A stretch of 14,593 nucleotides of DNA from a virus. The notes below the pieces were generated by a model. That model searched no databases. It was not told the origin of the DNA and saw only the letters and a program-made list of their open reading frames with translations. Location of the stretch: UHGV virus genome UHGV-1704081. One strand, written 5' to 3'. The position numbers and the translations under genes are program-made. This document shows, piece after piece, positions 9,391 to 14,593 of the stretch (positions are counted from its first letter, which is position 1; every line of letters begins with the position of its first letter).

Positions 9391-10018
9391 GCACCTCAGC
9401 AAAGCTGTTTACTGCAAAGGTGGCAGTGATGGCGGTTCAAAGGCACAGGAACGCGCAACTGAAAAGGGCATCGAATTGCAGCGTGAAATGTGGCAGACGA
9501 ACATGCAAAACCTTGCACCGTTCACGCCACTCGCTCAGCAGTACGTATCACAGTTGCAAAATCTTTCCTCTCTTCAGGGGCAAGGGCAGGAGCTTAACCA
9601 GTATTACAACTCCCAGCAGTACAAAGACCTTGCAGGGCAGGCGCGTTACCAGAGTCTGGCAGCAGCAGAGGCAACGGGTGGATTAGGCTCTACAGCAACA
9701 GGAAACCAGTTAGCAGCAATCGCACCTACACTCGGTCAAAACTGGCTGTCAGGTCAGATGAACAACTACAACAATCTGGCAAATATCGGCCTTGGCGCTC
9801 TTACAGGTCAGGCAAACGCCGGGCAGAACTATGCCAACAACGTCAGCCAATTGTATCAACAGCAGGCGGCAGCATCTGCGGCTAATGCGAATAAACCATC
9901 AGGATTTCAGAGCGCCCTTGGTGGAGCCGCAGCAGGTGCAGCTGCAGGTACTGCAATCATGCCTGGTTGGGGTACAGCAATTGGTGCTGGCGTCGGTTTT
10001 CTTGGTTCACTTTTTTAA
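9365..10018 (+). CDS. Ejection (injection) protein, P22 gp7-like
   Basis: 217-aa ORF with GAGGAG (9352-9357) 7 nt upstream of the ATG. Q/N/A-rich sequence and a glycine-rich hydrophobic C-terminus (…GGAAAGAAAGTAIMPGWGTAIGAGVGFLGSLF) fit a membrane-inserting ejection protein. First of three ejection-protein genes, as in P22. Overlaps the gp14 3' end by 26 nt. Confidence 0.75.
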   Translation: MLIFQIANKHLSKAVYCKGGSDGGSKAQERATEKGIELQREMWQTNMQNLAPFTPLAQQYVSQLQNLSSLQGQGQELNQYYNSQQYKDLAGQARYQSLAAAEATGGLGSTATGNQLAAIAPTLGQNWLSGQMNNYNNLANIGLGALTGQANAGQNYANNVSQLYQQQAAASAANANKPSGFQSALGGAAAGAAAGTAIMPGWGTAIGAGVGFLGSLF

Positions 10019-10030
10019 TGGAGGTGTCTC

Positions 10031-11392
10031 TTGGCTACATGGCAACAGGCTGGTAATTCAGGCGCGCTTCTTGCCGGGTTAGGCGGCATGAACTCCAACG
10101 CTCCAAGAGCAAGTGATGCAGACGCCACGCTTGCATACATTCGACAGAATAACGAGATGGAGCGTTCAGGACGTAATAACGTTGGCTTGCAGGCTTTGCA
10201 GGGCATTTCATCTGTCATGGATATGTATAAGCAGATGGATCAGCAGAAGCGACAGCAAGAGTTTCAGCAGGCTTATGCTGATGCATATACATCTGGTGAC
10301 CGCGATGCAATGCGAAAACTGGCATCACAGTATCCTGAGCAGTTTGACGCTGTAAGAAACGGCATGAAATTTGTCGATGAAGACCAGCGTTCCACTGTCG
10401 GCACACTGGCAGCAAGTGCCAGACTGGCAGCTTCATCTCCAGAAGCCATGATGTCATGGTTGCAGAACAACTCATCTGAGCTTACTCGTGCCGGAGTAGA
10501 CCCTCTGGATGTGGCGAAAATGTATCAGCAAAATCCACAAGGTTTCACAGAGTTTGTTGATCACCTTGGAATGGCTGCTCTTGGTCCGATTGATTACTTC
10601 AATGTTCAGGACAAGATGGCTGGTCGTGAAATTGACAGAGGCAGGCTGGCAGAGACAATCCGCAGCAATCAGGCTGGCGAGGCGCTAACAGCACGTGGTC
10701 AGAATATCACGATGCGCGGTCAGGATTTATCGATGCAGAGAGCATCAATGAAAGGGTCGGTTGGGAATAATGAGCGTACAGTTCAGTTAGCAGATGGCAG
10801 AACTGTAACGGTAGGCGGGAAGCTTCACGGCGCTGGGGCTAATGCGTTCTACGAAGGTATCGACAACGAGGGGAATATGGTTCGCGTCCCTGCTGGCTCT
10901 ATTGCCGCTCCGGCTACATCGGCAGCAAGCGCGCAGAATTACGCAATGAAGAAAGATCTTGATGCAATTTCTGGTGCATCAATTGACGATCTTGGCTTCA
11001 TGACTGGCATTACAGGCTCTTCAGGTTCTCCTGCTCTTGGTGCAGATATTCGTAGCCGTGTATCTGGTGGTGATCAGAGGAAACTATACAACGCTGCACA
11101 GCGAATCCAAGGAAAGATGCAGAATCAGGGCATTGCAGCAGCCAGAGACATGGGGGCATCCGGTATCAACACCGTTGCAGAAGCAAAGCTGTATTTTCAA
11201 GGTATGCCACAGGTTGATTTCTCAAGCCCTGAAGCACTGCAACAATCAATGCGCGACATTCAGCAATATACCGACAATTACAACCAACAATATAACGTTA
11301 ATGTTGGTAAATCTCAGCGGCAGCAATCTCAACCTACACAGGTATCACAGCCAGCAGCCAGCAGTAACTTTTCTTCACTATGGGGTGATTAA
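10031..11392 (+). CDS. Ejection protein, P22 gp20-like
   Basis: 453-aa ORF starting at TTG 10031, with GGAGG (10020-10024) 6 nt upstream. No in-frame ATG is available near the 5' end. Middle position of the three ejection genes. Stop overlaps the next start (TAATG at 11390-11394). Confidence 0.75.
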   Translation: MATWQQAGNSGALLAGLGGMNSNAPRASDADATLAYIRQNNEMERSGRNNVGLQALQGISSVMDMYKQMDQQKRQQEFQQAYADAYTSGDRDAMRKLASQYPEQFDAVRNGMKFVDEDQRSTVGTLAASARLAASSPEAMMSWLQNNSSELTRAGVDPLDVAKMYQQNPQGFTEFVDHLGMAALGPIDYFNVQDKMAGREIDRGRLAETIRSNQAGEALTARGQNITMRGQDLSMQRASMKGSVGNNERTVQLADGRTVTVGGKLHGAGANAFYEGIDNEGNMVRVPAGSIAAPATSAASAQNYAMKKDLDAISGASIDDLGFMTGITGSSGSPALGADIRSRVSGGDQRKLYNAAQRIQGKMQNQGIAAARDMGASGINTVAEAKLYFQGMPQVDFSSPEALQQSMRDIQQYTDNYNQQYNVNVGKSQRQQSQPTQVSQPAASSNFSSLWGD

Positions 11393-13257
11393 TGGCTAAA
11401 GCATGGAAAGATGTTATCGCCTCTCCACAGTATCAGGCGTTAACTGAAGAACAGAAAGCACAGGCTCAAGCGCAATATTTTGATGAGGTTGTTGCCCCTA
11501 AGGCTGGTGACAAATGGGCTGAAGCAAGAGATCAGTTTTATGCAGCATACCCTCCGCCTCAGCAGCAGAAAGAAGAACCATCATTGATGCAACAAGCTGG
11601 CGATTGGCTCACTGGTGGTCAAAGTGCAGGGCAAATTGCAGAACAGGCTGGTCGTGGTCTGGTAAACATACCATTTGACGTATTGCAGGGTGGCGCAAGT
11701 CTGATTAATGCAATCAGTCAGGGGCTTGGTGGCCCCAAGGTTTTGGACGATGTCTATCGTCCAGTAGATCGACCAACAGACCCTCATGCGCAAGCTGGAG
11801 AAACAATTGGCGGGTATTTAGTTCCAGGAGTTGGAACGGCAGGAAGCATGGCTATTGGATCACTGGCAGAGGCCGCAAATCAGAAAGGCGATTTCGCACA
11901 AAATGCAGCTAAAAATGCCGGAGTTAACCTTGCCGCTCAGGGGGTTCTTTCCGCAGCAGCAAAGGGAATAGGGCGTGGAATTACTGCTGTTCGTGGCGAA
12001 ATATCACCAGCAGATCAGCAATTGCTCAAGCGTGCCGCTGCGGCAGATGTACCAGTTATGACATCGGATGTAGTTCCTCCAAAAACAAAACTTGGCAATC
12101 AACTGCAGGGTTACTCAGAAGGAGTCATAGCTGGTACTGGACCAATGAGAGCCGCACAGCAGGATGCCAGAACCAAGCTTGTTAATCGCTTCACCGAAAA
12201 ATACGGCGACTACGATCCATCTGTAGTCGTTGATAGTCTAAAGTCAGGCGTTGCAAGGGAAAAATCGTTAGCCAAGTCAAAACTAAACAGCCTGTCAGGA
12301 AGAATGGTTGGAAAGCCAGTTGATACAAGTGGCGCCATAAGAGCTATCGACGGAGCAGTAAACGAACTTGGGAAACTTAAAGGTGTTTCTGACACCCAGA
12401 CCATTTCTGCGCTTAATGATTATAAGAATGCCATTCAGGAGATAACAAATGGAGATGATGCCTTTGAGTTACTTGATAAGCTGAGAACTCAGTTCCGCAT
12501 TGACGTAAAAGGCGATCGTACAGTTCTGCCATCAATGTCGCAAACAATGGTCGACAGGGTCTACAACTCGCTAACCAATAGCCTTAGTAAATCTATAGCG
12601 AAAGGACTTAGCCCAAAAGATGCTTCAGCATGGAGAGCGGGAAAAGCTGATTATGCAAAAATGGCAACACATGCAACTCAAACGCGCCTTAAAAACGTTC
12701 TAAACAAAGGAGATTTAACTCCCGAGGCTGTAAATACCATTGTGTATGGACAATATGGGTCAGATATAGCTCGATTGTACGGGAAACTCGATCAAAAAGG
12801 TAAAGACATGCTAAGGGCGGCATATATCAGCAAAATAGCTGACAAGGTAGGTGACAGCCCTCAGAAAATGATGACCGAGCTTGGCAAGCTGCAAAAACAA
12901 GCAAATGGTCAGGTGTTTAAAACTGTATTTGGTGGGAAGAACGGAAAAGAGATAGAGGGGATGTTATCTATTCTCGATGCTACCAAAAGAGCATCTGAGG
13001 CTAATGTTGTGACGAAGACTGGCATGACACTCGCGCCTTTGGTAAGGGTTATTGGTAACCTAAAAACCGGAGGCGCGCTATTGGCTGGGGAAACAGGGAT
13101 TGGCCTTATGTCGAGGGTTTATGAAAGCCCTATGGCTAGGAATGCGCTCTTACGTCTGGCAAACACTAAAGCTGGAACGCCAGCTTATGAAAGAGCGTTA
13201 AGCAAAGCTGCAAATGCCATCAGACCGCTGCTTGCCACTGAGGCAACACAGCAGTGA
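11392..13257 (+). CDS. Ejection protein, P22 gp16-like
   Basis: 621-aa ORF, close in size to P22 gp16 as I recall. Last gene of the ejection-protein trio. A/G/K-rich composition typical of this family. Confidence 0.8.
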   Translation: MAKAWKDVIASPQYQALTEEQKAQAQAQYFDEVVAPKAGDKWAEARDQFYAAYPPPQQQKEEPSLMQQAGDWLTGGQSAGQIAEQAGRGLVNIPFDVLQGGASLINAISQGLGGPKVLDDVYRPVDRPTDPHAQAGETIGGYLVPGVGTAGSMAIGSLAEAANQKGDFAQNAAKNAGVNLAAQGVLSAAAKGIGRGITAVRGEISPADQQLLKRAAAADVPVMTSDVVPPKTKLGNQLQGYSEGVIAGTGPMRAAQQDARTKLVNRFTEKYGDYDPSVVVDSLKSGVAREKSLAKSKLNSLSGRMVGKPVDTSGAIRAIDGAVNELGKLKGVSDTQTISALNDYKNAIQEITNGDDAFELLDKLRTQFRIDVKGDRTVLPSMSQTMVDRVYNSLTNSLSKSIAKGLSPKDASAWRAGKADYAKMATHATQTRLKNVLNKGDLTPEAVNTIVYGQYGSDIARLYGKLDQKGKDMLRAAYISKIADKVGDSPQKMMTELGKLQKQANGQVFKTVFGGKNGKEIEGMLSILDATKRASEANVVTKTGMTLAPLVRVIGNLKTGGALLAGETGIGLMSRVYESPMARNALLRLANTKAGTPAYERALSKAANAIRPLLATEATQQ

Positions 13258-13274
13258 CTAAATGCCATGGATGG

Positions 13275-13463
13275 TTATTTCCCTAGCACATGAAACAATG
13301 TTTGCTTTAATTCCACCCATACAATTATGACCACTATAGACAGACAAAAGAAACTGAATGCATTGGCATCACGATCGAAACCTTCTCCGGCACTAAATCC
13401 GTAAAAGGTCATAAAAAATATAAAAATTGCGCACTTTGCAACGTTTACAAATTTTTTCTTCAC
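13275..13463 (-). CDS. Small predicted two-helix membrane protein (62 aa from GTG; 87 aa if the upstream ATG at 13538 is used)
   Basis: Minus-strand ORF convergent with gp16. Strong Shine-Dalgarno AGGAGG (complement of 13469-13474) with 5-nt spacer before in-frame GTG (complement of 13461-13463). Product MKKKFVNVAKCAIFIFFMTFYGFSAGEGFDRDANAFSFFCLSIVVIIVWVELKQTLFHVLGK: basic N-terminus, two hydrophobic segments, short acidic loop. AT-rich. Confidence 0.55.
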   Translation of the reverse strand: MKKKFVNVAKCAIFIFFMTFYGFSAGEGFDRDANAFSFFCLSIVVIIVWVELKQTLFHVLGK

Positions 13464-13527
13464 ACCAACCTCCTTAGTTTTGCGCAGGATACCAGATGAT
13501 AATGTGTAGTTGGAGTAGCGCGGTTGC

Positions 13528-13594
13528 AATGCAAGCATTTTGTTTTAGTTTTATGCTTGCTTGTATGTGTGTACAGTGTATATAATGCAAGCAT
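13528..13594. promoter_or_regulatory. Three copies of a GCAAGCAT core motif (two direct, one inverted) flanking the promoter; candidate operator sites
   Basis: AATGCAAGCAT at 13528-13538 and again at 13584-13594 (11/11 identical; the second overlaps the -10 box). The inverted copy ATGCTTGC at 13553-13560 overlaps the candidate -35. Spacing is GCAAGCAT-N14-ATGCTTGC-N26-GCAAGCAT. Confidence 0.4.
13557..13586 (+). promoter_or_regulatory. Candidate sigma70 promoter for the downstream accessory ORF
   Basis: Perfect -10 TATAAT at 13581-13586. Candidate -35 TTGCTT at 13557-13562 (18-bp spacer), or TTGTAT at 13561-13566 (14-bp spacer). Lies about 34 nt upstream of the ATG at 13620, in an AT-rich intergenic region. 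Confidence 0.5.
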
Positions 13595-13619
13595 ACATCA
13601 CAACAAAGGTTCTTGCATT

Positions 13620-14588
13620 ATGACTGAAAAGAAAAGTGGCGAAGGGAAAGCTAAGGGCGGGATCGCTCGCGCAAAGTCGCTGACTAAAGAGCAGCGTTCT
13701 GAAATAGCAAAGAAAGCAGCTGCTGCAAGATGGAAAAGTAAGATTCTCAGGGCAACTCATCGTGGTAACTTTTTAGATGATTTTGGCATTGACGCTGAAT
13801 GTTATGTACTGGATGACGAGTCGAAAACTGTCGTTGTTACGAAAACTGGATTATCTCAGTTGCTAGGGATTGGTGAACATGCCAGGGATTTAGATCAACT
13901 GCTTGGCGCTCAGTATATGAGCAAATACCGAGATCTAGAATTGCAGCGAAAAATGGAAAATCCCTATAAATTTCAACTTACTTCGAAGTCTAAAACCGTT
14001 CATCAAGCGTTAGGTTATGACATTACAGCAATTGTTGATATTGGTAGGGCACTAATAGAAGCCAAAGATAATGACGATCTACCACAATCACGGTTAAAGG
14101 CAGCCGCCGCAGCACAGAGACTTATTAATGCCTCCGCTAAGGCGGGAATTAAGGGGGTTGCGTATGCGCTTGCTGGTTATCGCCCAGAAGTTCAGGCTGT
14201 CATTGACGAGTTCAAAGCGTTTGTTCGTGAAGAGGCTCGTCAATATGAAAAGGAATTTCCAGATGAGCTATACGAGGAGTGGTATCGACTGTACGGCCTG
14301 AATAGGCCAGAGAAAGGACGGCCTATTCGTTTTGGGCAGCTAACCAACATGCAGATATACACCCCGCTAGCAAAGAGTAAAGGTAAAATCCTTGAACAGA
14401 TTCGAGCCAGCCGAGACGAGAACGGAAAACAATCTGATAAGTTGCATCTGTTCCTTTCTGAAATTGGTGTCAAGGCTTTGCGTCAGCATATCGGTAAGCT
14501 TCTTGGTGTCGCAGCGATGAGTGAGACAAGAGAAGAATACGAAAAAGGAATAGAAAAGGTTTTCGGAAGAATGAAACCAGAAATCTAA
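13620..14588 (+). CDS. Hypothetical protein (~322 aa) with a highly basic N-terminal segment; function unknown, candidate accessory/defence gene
   Basis: Long ORF. ATG at 13620 preceded by AAAGG (13605-13609) and the TATAAT promoter. N-terminus MTEKKSGEGKAKGGIARAKSLTKEQRSEIAKKAAAARWKSK is K/R/A-rich, suggesting nucleic-acid binding. No Walker A, HNH or other catalytic motif seen by eye. The ORF track's TTG 13524 version adds 32 hydrophobic residues. Stop TAA at 14586-14588 is followed 2 nt later by ATG at 14591. Confidence 0.8.
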   Translation: MTEKKSGEGKAKGGIARAKSLTKEQRSEIAKKAAAARWKSKILRATHRGNFLDDFGIDAECYVLDDESKTVVVTKTGLSQLLGIGEHARDLDQLLGAQYMSKYRDLELQRKMENPYKFQLTSKSKTVHQALGYDITAIVDIGRALIEAKDNDDLPQSRLKAAAAAQRLINASAKAGIKGVAYALAGYRPEVQAVIDEFKAFVREEARQYEKEFPDELYEEWYRLYGLNRPEKGRPIRFGQLTNMQIYTPLAKSKGKILEQIRASRDENGKQSDKLHLFLSEIGVKALRQHIGKLLGVAAMSETREEYEKGIEKVFGRMKPEI

Positions 14589-14593
14589 TTATG

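Noticed and set aside
9381-10082. Alternative-frame plus-strand ORFs overlapping the gp7- and gp20-like genes (9381-9686, 9792-10082; also 10113-10355 and 11037-11399)
   Set aside because: Out-of-frame overlaps within genes whose main frames give coherent proteins; the alternative translations are R/S/C-rich with no supporting signals.
14040-14075. Possible PD-(D/E)xK-like nuclease signature (D…EAK in IVDIGRALIEAKDND) in the accessory protein
   Set aside because: Only a short D-x7-E-x-K coincidence with no surrounding hydrophobic beta-strand context visible by eye. Too weak to call without a profile or structure search.
1-14593. Looked for tRNA genes, CRISPR repeat-spacer arrays, integrase/att sites and IS-element inverted repeats
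   Set aside because: No cloverleaf-compatible sequence, no regularly spaced direct repeats outside the in-frame needle repeats, and no recombinase or transposase-like ORF seen. The only non-structural cargo is the terminal accessory region.

Overview
The window is almost entirely the virion morphogenesis module of a P22-like podovirus (phage or prophage of an enterobacterium), all on the + strand. Order: 3' end of a probable small terminase, large terminase, portal, scaffold, coat, a small ORF, gp4-like adaptor, gp10-like tail hub, gp26-like tail needle, gp14-like protein, then three ejection proteins (gp7-, gp20-, gp16-like). Genes are tightly packed with overlapping stop/start codons. Assignments rest on gene order, protein sizes and motifs I recognise from memory of P22; no database search was possible. 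The last ~1.3 kb (13258-14593) is different: it is more AT-rich and sits where P22-like phages carry accessory (sieA/immI-type) cargo. It holds a minus-strand ORF for a small two-helix membrane protein with a strong ribosome-binding site, a divergent promoter region with three copies of a GCAAGCAT motif, and a plus-strand ORF for an unassigned ~322-aa protein with a very basic N-terminus. A further gene appears to start 2 nt after that ORF, at the window edge. This is the best candidate for an undescribed superinfection-exclusion or defence module; that function is inference only. No tRNA, rRNA, CRISPR array or transposase was seen.
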